From a bacterium (GTDB lineage Bacteria; Bacteroidota; Bacteroidia; CAILMK01; JACPUW01): a DNA stretch of 64,000 nt. Below are positions 1-9,852 of this stretch, one piece after another (the first letter of the stretch is position 1; each line of letters opens with the position of its first letter). The notes beneath the pieces are model-generated. The model ran no database searches, had not been told where the DNA came from, and saw only the letters and a list, made by a program, of their open reading frames with translations. The translations under genes and the position numbers were made by a program. The DNA is taken from positions 13,171 through 77,170 of the forward strand of contig WGNN01000037.1 in NCBI GenBank assembly GCA_016124515.1, in the 5' to 3' direction.

Positions 1-84
1 CCAGTCTACATATTTGAATAAATCATGGAATTCTGAAGACGTCATTACGGGGCTGTTTGCTGGTTTGATAGTCCATTTTGCCAT
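1..84 (-). CDS. 5' end (28 codons) of an unidentified gene running off the left edge
   Basis: ATG at 84..82 on the minus strand is open in frame to position 1 (MAKWTIKPANSPVMTSSEFHDLFKYVDW). It is codirectional with and 57 nt downstream of the MMPL gene stop. Too short to identify. Confidence 0.25.
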   Translation of the reverse strand, partial: MAKWTIKPANSPVMTSSEFHDLFKYVDW

Positions 85-141
85 TTAACAAGCACAATCA
101 AGAGAGTAAAATTATAGAACCATCAAAATTTCATATACCTA

Positions 142-2424
142 CTACTTGTCCTTTCGTTTTCGGTTGATGAGATAAAGCAACTGTGGCAGCACAAAAATAT
201 CGGCAAATAGTGCGGAGGCGAGGGTAATGCTCACCAAAACTCCTATATAATAGGTTCCGTTGAAATTGGAAAAAGTGAGGGATATGAAAGAAACCACCAA
301 AATAATAGAAGTAATAATAATGGCCTTGCCGCTGATGAGCATGGTTTGTCTGATGGCTTTGTCCACCGTTTTGCCTTTTCTTCGCTCCAATTTGTAGCGG
401 GTTAAGAAATGTATGGTATCGTCAACCGCAATGCCAAACGAAATGGCAAAGAAAATAGAGGTAATGGCTTGCAATTTTATATCGAGAAAACCCATGGCGG
501 CAGCGGCAATAAGCATGGGAATTACATTGGGAATAATGCTGACCAACAACATGCGGTAGTCTTTGAAAAGCAGGGCAAACAGCAAGCCCACAATTAAAAA
601 AGCCAAGCCCAGTGATTTGAAAAGGCTTTTGCGCAGGTATTCGTGGTTTTTGTCGTACATGAGTGTGGTGCCCGCAGGTTTCAATTCCAGCACCTGTTCA
701 TCCATATTATCAGCTACCCAACGCGCTATGGTTTTCATCTGCTTTTCGTGGTAAGTGGATCCGCTGTCGGCTTGCCGGCCCGAAATTCTGCCCAGGCTTT
801 TATCCTCATTCATCAGGTTTTTAAGGTTTTGTGCGGGTACTTGTTTCAGCAACAGGTTGTATTTCTTCAGGGTCAAAACGTCGGAAGGCAAATCATAAGC
901 CCGGCGACCGCGGTGGTAGGAATGTTGCAGCAAGCGGTAAGGAGTGGTGGGCGAGTTCACGTTGTTTATACCTTGACTGTCTGCAATATATTTTTCAAAC
1001 TTTGCCATTTCAAGCAAAACTTCCGGATCGGTGATGCTGTGTCCTTCGGCTGGAATAGCTGCCATTTCGAAGGTTCGAACCCCGCCAAATTTTTGCTCAA
1101 AAAAATCGAAATCGCCTTTTAGTTGCGCATCCTTGGGTATATCGCCTTTAATAAAAGCATTGGTACTAATGCGGCTTATGCCCCACAACGACAAAGCGAT
1201 AACCACCAAGACAGTAGCTGAAATGAGCTTAAAATTGGTTTTGTTGAAGCGGTATAAGCCTTCCAAAAATCCGCTCCAATTATTGACATCATTATTGGTT
1301 TGTGATTTGTTTTTAGTGAAAAATAATAATAAGGATGAAGAGAACAACATGACCACAGCAAAAGCAATGGCCACACCTGCCGCCGCATTGAGACCAAAGT
1401 ACCTGATGGCATCAATGCGCGAAGTGGAAAGCGTGCCAAAACCCACCGCCGTGGTAAACGAAGTGAGAAACAGGGCCATACCAATTTCTTTCATAGTGAG
1501 GCGCATGGCTTCAATGGGATTTTTGCCCCGGTTCAATTCATCAAGGTAATGGGTTTGCAGGTGCACCACATCGGCCATTACAAAAATGAGCATGAGTATG
1601 GGAAACAAAGAACTCATGAGGTCAAGGGTTTGCCCGGTAAGCGCTAAATAGCCAAAAAACAAAGCCATACCGCCAATAAGCGAAACCACCGGAACCAACA
1701 AACCGCGCAACGACCGATATACAACCAACAAAATAATAATGAGCAAACAGCCGGAAAGCGTGACGTAAAACTGCATCTCGAACTGCAACTGACTTACAGT
1801 AACGCTTTGCATAACGGGAAAACCGGCCAAATGAAAATGGAGCCCACCGTGCGACTCTAATATACGGCGCAAACCGTGGTAAATTTCATCGGCTTCCTGT
1901 TGCGTATCTATCACCTTGGTTTTCACCAAAATATTGGCGCATTTAAAATCGCTGGAAACAAGGTTGTGGAGCACATAAGGGTTTTGCGCCATGGCCACAC
2001 TATCGCGCTGCCGGTAGGTTTTATTCTCAGCCGAAAGCAGCGGAGCCATATAGTATGTAGGGCCCGCTTTTTTCAAGGTTTTGTAGTTGGTTATAGCCAG
2101 TGCATCTTCCACCAAATCAAGCGATTTGATTTGTGTAACCACACTATCAATCAATTGAAGGTTGCCACTATTGAGCACCGATTGCCCGAACTCAAGACCG
2201 GTGAGGATAAAAATATCGCCTTTTTCAATTTGGTTAAAATAATAAGCGGTAAAAGCCAAATCCTCATCATCAGCCGGAAAAAACCGCTCGCGCTTATGGT
2301 CAAATTTGAGTTGGGTAGCCATGTAAGCACCCGCCACTACCAATACGACATAAACCGCCAGCATGAGGTGTTTTTTTGACACCAATTGTATAAACCAGTT
2401 GAACAACGACATATCAGCCCACAA
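142..2424 (-). CDS. MMPL/RND-superfamily membrane transporter
   Basis: 760-aa ORF with two multi-helix hydrophobic bundles separated by large soluble loops. RND/SSD-like motifs FVMADVVHL and GIAVDDTIHFLTRY. Start could be M5. Confidence 0.8.
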   Translation of the reverse strand: MWADMSLFNWFIQLVSKKHLMLAVYVVLVVAGAYMATQLKFDHKRERFFPADDEDLAFTAYYFNQIEKGDIFILTGLEFGQSVLNSGNLQLIDSVVTQIKSLDLVEDALAITNYKTLKKAGPTYYMAPLLSAENKTYRQRDSVAMAQNPYVLHNLVSSDFKCANILVKTKVIDTQQEADEIYHGLRRILESHGGLHFHLAGFPVMQSVTVSQLQFEMQFYVTLSGCLLIIILLVVYRSLRGLLVPVVSLIGGMALFFGYLALTGQTLDLMSSLFPILMLIFVMADVVHLQTHYLDELNRGKNPIEAMRLTMKEIGMALFLTSFTTAVGFGTLSTSRIDAIRYFGLNAAAGVAIAFAVVMLFSSSLLLFFTKNKSQTNNDVNNWSGFLEGLYRFNKTNFKLISATVLVVIALSLWGISRISTNAFIKGDIPKDAQLKGDFDFFEQKFGGVRTFEMAAIPAEGHSITDPEVLLEMAKFEKYIADSQGINNVNSPTTPYRLLQHSYHRGRRAYDLPSDVLTLKKYNLLLKQVPAQNLKNLMNEDKSLGRISGRQADSGSTYHEKQMKTIARWVADNMDEQVLELKPAGTTLMYDKNHEYLRKSLFKSLGLAFLIVGLLFALLFKDYRMLLVSIIPNVIPMLIAAAAMGFLDIKLQAITSIFFAISFGIAVDDTIHFLTRYKLERRKGKTVDKAIRQTMLISGKAIIITSIILVVSFISLTFSNFNGTYYIGVLVSITLASALFADIFVLPQLLYLINRKRKDK

Positions 2425-2494
2425 ATACGCCCAAACCGTGGTTTTGGTTCAGGAAATATGTAAACCATTGGTTTTTAGCAGCCGCTGTTCCGGC

Positions 2495-4717
2495 CTAATT
2501 CACTACGAATTTGAAGGTTTCAACTTTGCCACCGCTACGGGCCGAAAGCAAATAAATACCGCTGTTGAAAGCCATTGTAGCGGTTTGCGCAGCCATGAGT
2601 TGCCGCTTTTCTACCAATTTTCCCTGCATATTGTACACGGTAATTTCTGTGGGAAAATTGCTTTCATTTCTAATATGAACCAAACTCTGCGATGGATTGG
2701 GAAACAGGCTGATGTTTCGTTGTACGGCAGGTACTTCGGCTACGCCCACCATCACGGAGTCTGTGCCAAACACTTCCAATCCGCCATTGAACGTTCCGGT
2801 GAGTAAGTCGGTTTTTCCATCGCCATTCAAGTCGCAAAAAACCGGTTTTATGTATTCGCCCAGGTCTTTGGCAAAATTGGCATTATAATATTGGTTGTGG
2901 TACCAAAAGGCATCGGGAATAAAATAAGTAGCGTTGACATCAATAGCCGGATAAAAGTACATTTTGCCCCATGCAGAACCCACCATCAGATCGGTTTTTC
3001 CATCGTTGTCTATATCGCCAATGGTAGGGTGCGAACCGCCCACACTCAGGTAGTTTTTTGTGCTGTCTATTATGTTTCCATTCCCGTCTTTGGTGTAGGT
3101 ATAATAAAAGGTATTGGTTTTTACATGTCCCCAGTTCTCTGTTTTCAAGGTAAAGGTAACACCTGCCCCACCTTTGTAATAATTCAGGTTGCCCGACAAT
3201 TCGCCGACAATCAAATCATTAATACCATCGCCATCTACATCAAACAAACAGGGGGCGGCGTTGGTACCCACATCAAGCCCTTCAATTTTGGTGGCATTTG
3301 TGCTGAAATTGAAAGCTGCTCCCGCTTTTGCATTGTTTTTATAATAATAAATCTCGCCCTTGTCGGTGCCCAATAGCAAGTCGGCCACACCATCATTGTC
3401 AATATCGCCAAAATGCGGATTGAGCAAGCCGTATTCATCATTTTTAAGTTGCAGAAAATCATCATCGGCCAGTGTAAAAACCGCCCGGCCATTTGCGGGT
3501 GTATTTATATAAAGCGAAAGACCCACCACCTGCAACGAAAAAACATTGTCGCTCAAATGGTTAACCCCGGCTACCAGCAAATCTTCATCGCCATCGCCAT
3601 CATAATCAAAAACGGCGGGCGATGCACTTGCGCCCAAATCTATCATTTGGTCTTGTAAAAAGTATTTGTTGCTCAGTTCAAAATCATAATAAGGTTGCGG
3701 GCCATTGGTATAGAGCCACACAAGGCCATTGAGCACCGGCGAGCTGCTTGTATTGGAGCAAATAAGGTCTTTTTCGCCATCAAAATTCACATCGGCCAAG
3801 CTGAACGATGGGAAATAGGTAATTTCAATGGGATTGTTGACCGGATACTCGGTATATAAAGTAACCATGCTGTCCACCTTCAGGTTATTATCGGCGCGGC
3901 CATTTTCCAAAAAATAGGCGTTGGGCGATGACAAATCAGAAACGAATAAATCCACATCGCCATCGCCGTTTTGGTCAAGGGCGAGTAAGCGGCTTCCGGG
4001 ATGTGCTTTTTTTGCCGCACCCAGCGAAATATCGAAATTGAGGCCATTTTCAATAAAAAAGCCCCATTTGGTAGTTACTTCTTCAAATAGCAACGATTTG
4101 CCTTTGCTAATATTTCTATAATAAATAACGCGTTGGCCGTTGTTGTCAAACACCAACACGTCGGGTCGGCCATCGCCATCAATATCGGCCATAGTGGGTT
4201 GCTCGCCAATCTGAAAAACTATGGGTTCGTCGCCATCGGGTGTTTGGTATTTCAATACCTTGCCCGGCGCGCTAAACCGTACCGAATCGCTGGATGCATT
4301 GAAAAAAACGCGTAGTTTGTCTTCGCCGGTTACCACATCCGTAAGGCCATCGCCATCCACATCAAGAAACAGCGAAAAAGCCGCCATACGGGGCAGAACT
4401 TCTTCAAGGTCTTTTTGCAAAATGTAGTGGTAGTTGCCGGCAGTTCCGCTGCGTTGGTACACCATTTTTCGGTCGTTAAAAACGTCCCAAGCCACAAGCT
4501 CTTCCACCCCATCGTTGTCAAGATCTATATTGCCAAAATAAGGCGATTGCAAGCCACCGGCAAAGCCCAAAACCGAGGTATCGGCATTTTGAACCAACAA
4601 GGGTTGCTGGTCGGCCACAAAGCGCACTTTCATGGCACGCTGGGCAAATGCAGGCGAAGCTACGAAGGCGCTAAACAAAACGGTAAACCACAAGGATGTT
4701 ATTTTTCTCAAGTTCAT
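2495..4717 (-). CDS. FG-GAP/VCBS-repeat protein with T9SS type-A C-terminal sorting domain
   Basis: Many DxDGDGxxD repeats (DVDGDGLTDVV, DIDGDGRPDVLV, DYDGDGDEDLLV, DIDNDGVADLLL, DVDGDGINDLIV, DIDNDGKTDLMV, DLNGDGKTDLL). C-terminal about 75 aa are Por_Secre_tail-like (LFPNPSQSLVHI...GIYLLSARSGGKVETFKFVVN). Signal peptide follows the internal ATG at 4717 (MNLRKITSLWFTVLFSAFVASPAFAQ). Confidence 0.85.
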   Translation of the reverse strand: MNLRKITSLWFTVLFSAFVASPAFAQRAMKVRFVADQQPLLVQNADTSVLGFAGGLQSPYFGNIDLDNDGVEELVAWDVFNDRKMVYQRSGTAGNYHYILQKDLEEVLPRMAAFSLFLDVDGDGLTDVVTGEDKLRVFFNASSDSVRFSAPGKVLKYQTPDGDEPIVFQIGEQPTMADIDGDGRPDVLVFDNNGQRVIYYRNISKGKSLLFEEVTTKWGFFIENGLNFDISLGAAKKAHPGSRLLALDQNGDGDVDLFVSDLSSPNAYFLENGRADNNLKVDSMVTLYTEYPVNNPIEITYFPSFSLADVNFDGEKDLICSNTSSSPVLNGLVWLYTNGPQPYYDFELSNKYFLQDQMIDLGASASPAVFDYDGDGDEDLLVAGVNHLSDNVFSLQVVGLSLYINTPANGRAVFTLADDDFLQLKNDEYGLLNPHFGDIDNDGVADLLLGTDKGEIYYYKNNAKAGAAFNFSTNATKIEGLDVGTNAAPCLFDVDGDGINDLIVGELSGNLNYYKGGAGVTFTLKTENWGHVKTNTFYYTYTKDGNGNIIDSTKNYLSVGGSHPTIGDIDNDGKTDLMVGSAWGKMYFYPAIDVNATYFIPDAFWYHNQYYNANFAKDLGEYIKPVFCDLNGDGKTDLLTGTFNGGLEVFGTDSVMVGVAEVPAVQRNISLFPNPSQSLVHIRNESNFPTEITVYNMQGKLVEKRQLMAAQTATMAFNSGIYLLSARSGGKVETFKFVVN

Positions 4718-4989
4718 GAAAATGGCTCTTTTATGCGGGATGCGTGTGTTTGGTGTCGCAGCCAAAAATAGGCAGTGTTGGCAAGAAATAGCCCATGTTT
4801 GGCATCTCTACTTTTCAAATTGGTTAATTGTTTTGGCCATCCTGCGGCATTCAACAAAATGAAGGGTTTATATGTTTTCCATTTCAATTGAGCCATAATG
4901 CATAAAATACAAGGCCTTTCAACAGCAATTTAAACGATGAAAACAAGTGCAAATAGTGACGAATAAATCTTGGTGGTTGCGCCTTTGCG

Positions 4990-5826
4990 ATGGTAACATT
5001 GTGGCAGGATTTGACACAAAAACAAAAGCCTATGCCAACCGGTGATTTAAGTAAGATGAAAACCCGCTATGCCAAACCCATAGAATACAGCCTGCTGTTG
5101 GGCGAGGAAAGCATTGACATGAACAAGCTGCTGGGGCAGGAAATTTCGCTTCGCTACACCGGCACCATACACTGCGTATCGTGCGGCAATGTGACCAAAA
5201 AATCGTTTGGACAGGGTTTTTGCTACAAATGTTTTATGAACAGCCCCATGAATGCCGAATGCATTGTGCGGCCCGAACTGTGCGAAGCCCACTTGGGTAA
5301 GGGCCGCGATGCCGCATGGGAAGAAAAAAACCACAACCAACCGCATATTGTGTATTTGGCTTTTACCGACTGCACCAAAGTGGGTGTGACCCGTGTGGAC
5401 CAAATACCCACGCGATGGATAGATCAGGGTGCCTGGAAGGCGATAATTTTGGCCGAGACGCCCTACAGGCAAATAGCGGGGCAAATAGAAGTGGCCATGA
5501 AAGAATATTATAAAGACAAAACCAACTGGCGCAGCATGCTCAAAAACGAGGTGGACGAAGCCTTGGATCCCGTGGCCGAAAAGGAGGAAGCCCTGGAAAT
5601 GTTTCCCCCCGAATTTGAAGAGTTCTACACCGACAACAACACCATATATGAGTTTGAGTATCCGGTTTTGCAGTTTCCCACCAAAGTAAACAGCATAAAC
5701 CTGGAAAAAATAAACGAAGTGGAAGGCCGTTTGGTGGGCATAAAAGGACAGTATTTGCTACTGAGCAACAACCGCGTGCTGAACATTAGAAACCACAGTG
5801 GTTTGGAAGTGGAAATTATGTACTGA
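4990..5826 (+). CDS. DUF2797-like Cys-cluster protein
   Basis: 278-aa ORF. The Cys cluster CVSCGNVTKKSFGQGFCYKCF matches my memory of DUF2797. Alternative ATG at 5032. Confidence 0.6.
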   Translation: MVTLWQDLTQKQKPMPTGDLSKMKTRYAKPIEYSLLLGEESIDMNKLLGQEISLRYTGTIHCVSCGNVTKKSFGQGFCYKCFMNSPMNAECIVRPELCEAHLGKGRDAAWEEKNHNQPHIVYLAFTDCTKVGVTRVDQIPTRWIDQGAWKAIILAETPYRQIAGQIEVAMKEYYKDKTNWRSMLKNEVDEALDPVAEKEEALEMFPPEFEEFYTDNNTIYEFEYPVLQFPTKVNSINLEKINEVEGRLVGIKGQYLLLSNNRVLNIRNHSGLEVEIMY

Positions 5827-5851
5827 TGTAAAAAGGTACCCCATTGCATGC

Positions 5852-7030
5852 TTATTCAACTGCTTGGAGTTCCCATTGGCCCGAATTCCGCTGCAGGATT
5901 AACTGTTCTATTGGTTTCAAACCATAAAACTCCATTCTCTTTTTGCGCTGCTTATCTTCAAGCTTGTTGTAGTTTCTTGAAACAAACAGGTACTGGACAG
6001 GATCATCATATTCAACAATAACTATACACGTCCCATCCTCTCGTGGCTGTACATCCTCAACTTTGAAATTCGGCACTTTACGATTAATCAACCCGTAACT
6101 GACATGATAATCTGCTAATTCTGTTTGCTCCTCAAACAAAAATGCCTTAAACAAATCCAGCTTAAATGAGCTTTCCAACTGATAATCGCCAGGAACAATA
6201 CCCGCCGTTGTCAAATTCTTTTTAAACTGTATTTCCTCTATACCATTGGAAAAAGAATAATAGTTGCGCTGGTACTTAGCTGTTTTCTCGTATGGAACAC
6301 AGCTGCGAATCAAATGATTTATGGTAACTTCTTGGGTATGCGGATAGGCATCCATCAGCCCCTTGTGCTGGGCATTAATCCACTCCAGGCACTGATTTAT
6401 GCGGCCTCGAATAATTTTATTAATTCTGACTTGATTTGGAAAAGCGATTTCTTTAGGAATCTCAATACGAACTGTTTTCCCGGGCTCAGCATTCTGTAAA
6501 TTTACCAAAGTATCATAACTACCCCAGTGTACTTTCACATTGCGGCTATCACTGTCTCTGTTTCGATAAAAAGGAAGAAAAAATGAACCTGAGTTGTTTG
6601 TTGTAGATATCTGGTCATATTCTGACAGGCTTAGCTCAGCGCCAACCACTGGTTCACCGGAAAGAACAACGTAGCCTTCAATGAAATCATAATTAAACTG
6701 GCAGTCATCGCTCAATACCAAAGATGCGGGGTTGGTTAAATATGCAAGACTAAAAGTACCCAACATCCATAACAACTTAAGAGGTACCCAATTTTCATTT
6801 TTAATAAATACCAATAACCCAATTGACATCCCTGAAATACCCGCGGCAAGTGCAATGCGCAAAACACTGTACTGCGCGCGGGTAGGACAAGGCACGGCAA
6901 ATACAATACACAGAACCAAAACAAACAGGAGGGTACCAAAAGCAACAGTTACCCAGCCTGATTTGTAATTGACAATCATATCGCGAAGTGCGATAAATCT
7001 ACCAGCTATACTATGATTAGCCTTACCCAC
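5852..7030 (-). CDS. Membrane protein with carboxypeptidase-regulatory-like beta-sandwich and unknown C-terminal domain
   Basis: 392 aa with three N-terminal hydrophobic helices. The segment IEGYVVLSGEPVVGAELSLSEYDQISTTNNSGSFFLPF resembles CarboxypepD_reg; the remainder is unrecognised. Its start shares one nucleotide (7030) with the HNH gene stop. Confidence 0.6.
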   Translation of the reverse strand: MGKANHSIAGRFIALRDMIVNYKSGWVTVAFGTLLFVLVLCIVFAVPCPTRAQYSVLRIALAAGISGMSIGLLVFIKNENWVPLKLLWMLGTFSLAYLTNPASLVLSDDCQFNYDFIEGYVVLSGEPVVGAELSLSEYDQISTTNNSGSFFLPFYRNRDSDSRNVKVHWGSYDTLVNLQNAEPGKTVRIEIPKEIAFPNQVRINKIIRGRINQCLEWINAQHKGLMDAYPHTQEVTINHLIRSCVPYEKTAKYQRNYYSFSNGIEEIQFKKNLTTAGIVPGDYQLESSFKLDLFKAFLFEEQTELADYHVSYGLINRKVPNFKVEDVQPREDGTCIVIVEYDDPVQYLFVSRNYNKLEDKQRKKRMEFYGLKPIEQLILQRNSGQWELQAVE

Positions 7031-7335
7031 TATCTATGACCATATTTACAAGTCCAATTGGGATAGTCATCTCCTTTGTGACGGTTGTTTTCCCACTGAA
7101 GTGGCTGCAGGTTAGAAATGTTATCATCTCCTCCCTTGGCTCTGGGTTTTATGTGGTCAATTTCCCATCCTGTCACCAATTCCCTACCGTGGTTAGTGCG
7201 AATAATCCTGACTCCACATGTGTCCATGCGCTCTACATTTGGATCTTTGCCGGGAATTGGAGTTCCCTTTTCCCAAACAGCATCTTTTTGGCTTTCGCTA
7301 AAGGATAGGCCACTTACTGTTTTGTTTCTACTCAT
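7030..7335 (-). CDS. Small stand-alone HNH endonuclease
   Basis: HNH core GWEIDHIKPRAKGGDDNISNLQPLQWENNRHKGD. ATG at 7335 is preferred over the track's GTG at 7395, which would read through direct-repeat element A. Confidence 0.8.
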   Translation of the reverse strand: MSRNKTVSGLSFSESQKDAVWEKGTPIPGKDPNVERMDTCGVRIIRTNHGRELVTGWEIDHIKPRAKGGDDNISNLQPLQWENNRHKGDDYPNWTCKYGHR

Positions 7336-7394
7336 TGTACTTGATTTAAAAATTTGATGCAAGATTTGCTCATTTGGTTTGGTATAGAAATTCA

Positions 7395-7424
7395 CTTTCT
7401 GAATGGCAACTTTTTCTTTCTGAA
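7395..7424 (-). promoter_or_regulatory. Direct-repeat element A (LytTR-box-like): CTTTCTGAA-N12-CTTTCTGAA on + strand
   Basis: Perfect 9-mer at 7395-7403 and 7416-7424 with a 12-nt spacer (tggcaacttttt). It lies 59 nt upstream of the HNH ATG (7335). Confidence 0.55.
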
Positions 7425-7451
7425 AGAGGTGAGCAACACGTCACAGCCAGC

Positions 7452-8489
7452 TCAATGTGATAAATATGGCACTTCGTGTGAAGTAACAATAACTTTTTTA
7501 ACGTCTCTCACAGCCCAGGTTTCTTCCAAAATAACGGCTGCAACTTCAATCGTTACGTTAATACCATACAAACGATCCGGATTTTTAATGCCAATGTAAA
7601 ATATTCCAGAGTTCAAATCGGTAATTTTAACAACTCCTGATTTAATATTTTGTCTGGAACCTATTGTTTTGTAATAAAAAGTTCCACCATTATTGTCAAC
7701 CTTTTGCTCAAACATGCGTGAATTATTGAAATCAAGAAGATATATATCACATACATTTCCTCCCGGGGGTGTTGTCAACATGCTAAGCGCAAAACCTAAT
7801 GACCCTGTTTGGTCCAGGGCGCTGGTAAGCTCACCTACCAGATTTAATCCACCAGTAGTTTTTTTTATCTGTTGTTCATCTCTATCCGCAGAAAATGTAT
7901 AGTACCATTCAACAGTGCCCGCGGGTAATTCAACGGGAATGGTTATTCTGGATGAACCACCTTTAAACAAACTATTACTACCGCTATTGATGTAGAAATA
8001 TTGTGGAGCCTGTACGCTTTTCGTAATGTACTTTTTTTCAACCAGATACTTTTCCTGTACAGTATAAAATGAAGAATCATGCTCAGTTCTCCAGTACACT
8101 TGTGGATTGAAGGAACTAAGGCTATCATGAGCAGGTGTGCGGGTAATGCTTAGTTGGCAAACCCGTTTTGCAACATTGGCATTATAAAGACGAATCAAGT
8201 AAATACCTGTTTCAACCGGCGTAAATGTAAAGGTAGAATTTGTGGTTTCATAATCTATAAAAAGCGAATAGTCGGGATATTGGTAGATCTCAATTTCCTT
8301 CAGGTCTTTACGGTCCTCTACACTTAGACTGACGTTTACCTGATCTCCTTTCGCAAATCCGTAATACAGCTTTTCCGATGTAAGCCCTGATACTTTAATG
8401 TGTAGGCTTGCAACAACAATTGGATCAAGCGCTAGTACAGATTGCCACAATACCGAAAAAAGAATTAGTAAATTAACTTTTTGCATCAT
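7452..8489 (-). CDS. Secreted hypothetical protein (beta-rich)
   Basis: 345 aa with an N-terminal signal peptide (MMQKVNLLILFSVLWQSVLA). No recognisable motif. Start overlaps the upstream gene's end by 17 nt. Confidence 0.6.
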   Translation of the reverse strand: MMQKVNLLILFSVLWQSVLALDPIVVASLHIKVSGLTSEKLYYGFAKGDQVNVSLSVEDRKDLKEIEIYQYPDYSLFIDYETTNSTFTFTPVETGIYLIRLYNANVAKRVCQLSITRTPAHDSLSSFNPQVYWRTEHDSSFYTVQEKYLVEKKYITKSVQAPQYFYINSGSNSLFKGGSSRITIPVELPAGTVEWYYTFSADRDEQQIKKTTGGLNLVGELTSALDQTGSLGFALSMLTTPPGGNVCDIYLLDFNNSRMFEQKVDNNGGTFYYKTIGSRQNIKSGVVKITDLNSGIFYIGIKNPDRLYGINVTIEVAAVILEETWAVRDVKKVIVTSHEVPYLSH

Positions 8490-9525
8490 AGTATTTGGTT
8501 GTTTCTATCAAATGTTCTGAAAAGTTATATATGTCGCTGGGCCTATTAATCTGGATTCTGTTTTCCGTCTTTTCATTATCAAACAGTCCAATGTATTTGT
8601 TTTTTGAATTGAAATGTAATCTGCAAATCGGTTTGCGGTTTGTGTTGTCAAGTAGTACTCCAAAATAAGATTGGGTATCTCTTGCAAAAACTCGCTCCGA
8701 GTCAATCACTTTACAAACAATAGCTTTTACAATATTGAAACCTTCTATTTCTTCTTCAGTTGTTATGATTTTTGAATCATTTTGATTATCTGGTTCTGAC
8801 TGTTCCTTTTGTTCATCAGTTTCCTTTTTAAGTGCCTTTTTGAGTCTATCGTTTATGATTTCATTAATATGCTGTGAGATGGCTTTTTTTATAAAATTTG
8901 AAAACTGTTCAACCAGCTTAGACGTGACCTTTCCGGTATATACTTGTTTGGCCAAAAATCTGGTAAACTCTTCAGATGGATTCGAAAACTCGTCTTCCAA
9001 CAATTTGCGCAGCGATTTGGTATATTTCATGTTCCCGGCAGCGTCAATAATGGTATTGACATCAAAGCTTGATTTGTGAAACTTAGCCAATTCTTGAATA
9101 TCAGAATCTTTGAGATGTTCTAGGTCAACTTCAAGAAATGGACGGGCATCCATTTTATTGTCATTTTCCAAGTCTGAAAAGAAAAGATATTTGACACCAT
9201 TAGTCAATAAAGCGAATCTGGATTGGGTAACTGCAAAATAGCGATACAATTGGCTATTATGGGCTTCCAAGTTCTCTTCCCAGTATTTGCATTCTATTAT
9301 TAGTATTGGATTTCCATCTTGAAGTAAAGCATAATCCACTTTTTCACCCTTTTTTGTGCCAATATCTGCTGTAAATTCAGGTTGAACTTCATCAGGGTTA
9401 AATACATCATATCCCAAAAGGGCTATAAAGGGCAAAACAAAGGCTGTTTTGGTAGCTTCTTCGGTTTGGATGTTGGCTTTGTATTCTTCAATTTTCTGGC
9501 TTAAGGCTTTCAGTGCTTCTTCCAT
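8473..9525 (-). CDS. HsdR_N (type I restriction enzyme R N-terminal / PD-(D/E)xK-like) domain protein
   Basis: N-terminal EEATKTAFVLPFIALLGYD...KVDYALLQDGNPILIIECKYW matches the HsdR_N-type nuclease fold motif (D...E-x-K). 350 aa, with no methylase or specificity genes nearby. Confidence 0.7.
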   Translation of the reverse strand: MEEALKALSQKIEEYKANIQTEEATKTAFVLPFIALLGYDVFNPDEVQPEFTADIGTKKGEKVDYALLQDGNPILIIECKYWEENLEAHNSQLYRYFAVTQSRFALLTNGVKYLFFSDLENDNKMDARPFLEVDLEHLKDSDIQELAKFHKSSFDVNTIIDAAGNMKYTKSLRKLLEDEFSNPSEEFTRFLAKQVYTGKVTSKLVEQFSNFIKKAISQHINEIINDRLKKALKKETDEQKEQSEPDNQNDSKIITTEEEIEGFNIVKAIVCKVIDSERVFARDTQSYFGVLLDNTNRKPICRLHFNSKNKYIGLFDNEKTENRIQINRPSDIYNFSEHLIETTKYYDAKS

Positions 9526-9567
9526 ATTGTAAGCTTTGATTTGATATATTCAAATAAATGAGGATTT

Positions 9568-9846
9568 TTATTGATAATCCTTATTATTTCCTGTCGGTGA
9601 TGTTGTTAAATTTACTATTACATTTGGGGTTTGATTCATTTTACCTGGTCCTATGTATCCATGCATTAAATTGTAATTATCTACCATGCTACTTAAGATA
9701 AATAAGTCGATTATCCACCCGATTCCGAAGAGCTGAAATGTTATAAGATAGAGTATCCCACTTCCAATTTTTCCGAGGTAAAATCTATGTAGGGAAAAAG
9801 CTCCAAGTAGGAACCAAAGCAAGTAAGCTACGCCTTTTGATTTCAT
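9568..9846 (-). CDS. TM2 domain membrane protein
   Basis: 92 aa; KGVAYLLWFLLGAFSLHRFYLGKIGSGILYLITFQLFGIGWIIDLF is the typical TM2 two-helix motif. Confidence 0.8.
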   Translation of the reverse strand: MKSKGVAYLLWFLLGAFSLHRFYLGKIGSGILYLITFQLFGIGWIIDLFILSSMVDNYNLMHGYIGPGKMNQTPNVIVNLTTSPTGNNKDYQ

Positions 9847-9852
9847 AATAGT

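Noticed and set aside
409-2806. Series of + strand ORFs (409..597, 563..754, 643..1122, 1031..1549, 1876..2379, 2363..2806)
   Set aside because: All lie antisense to, or nested within, the 760-aa MMPL gene or the FG-GAP gene. They have low-complexity or Arg/Cys-rich translations and no motifs, so they are typical shadow ORFs.
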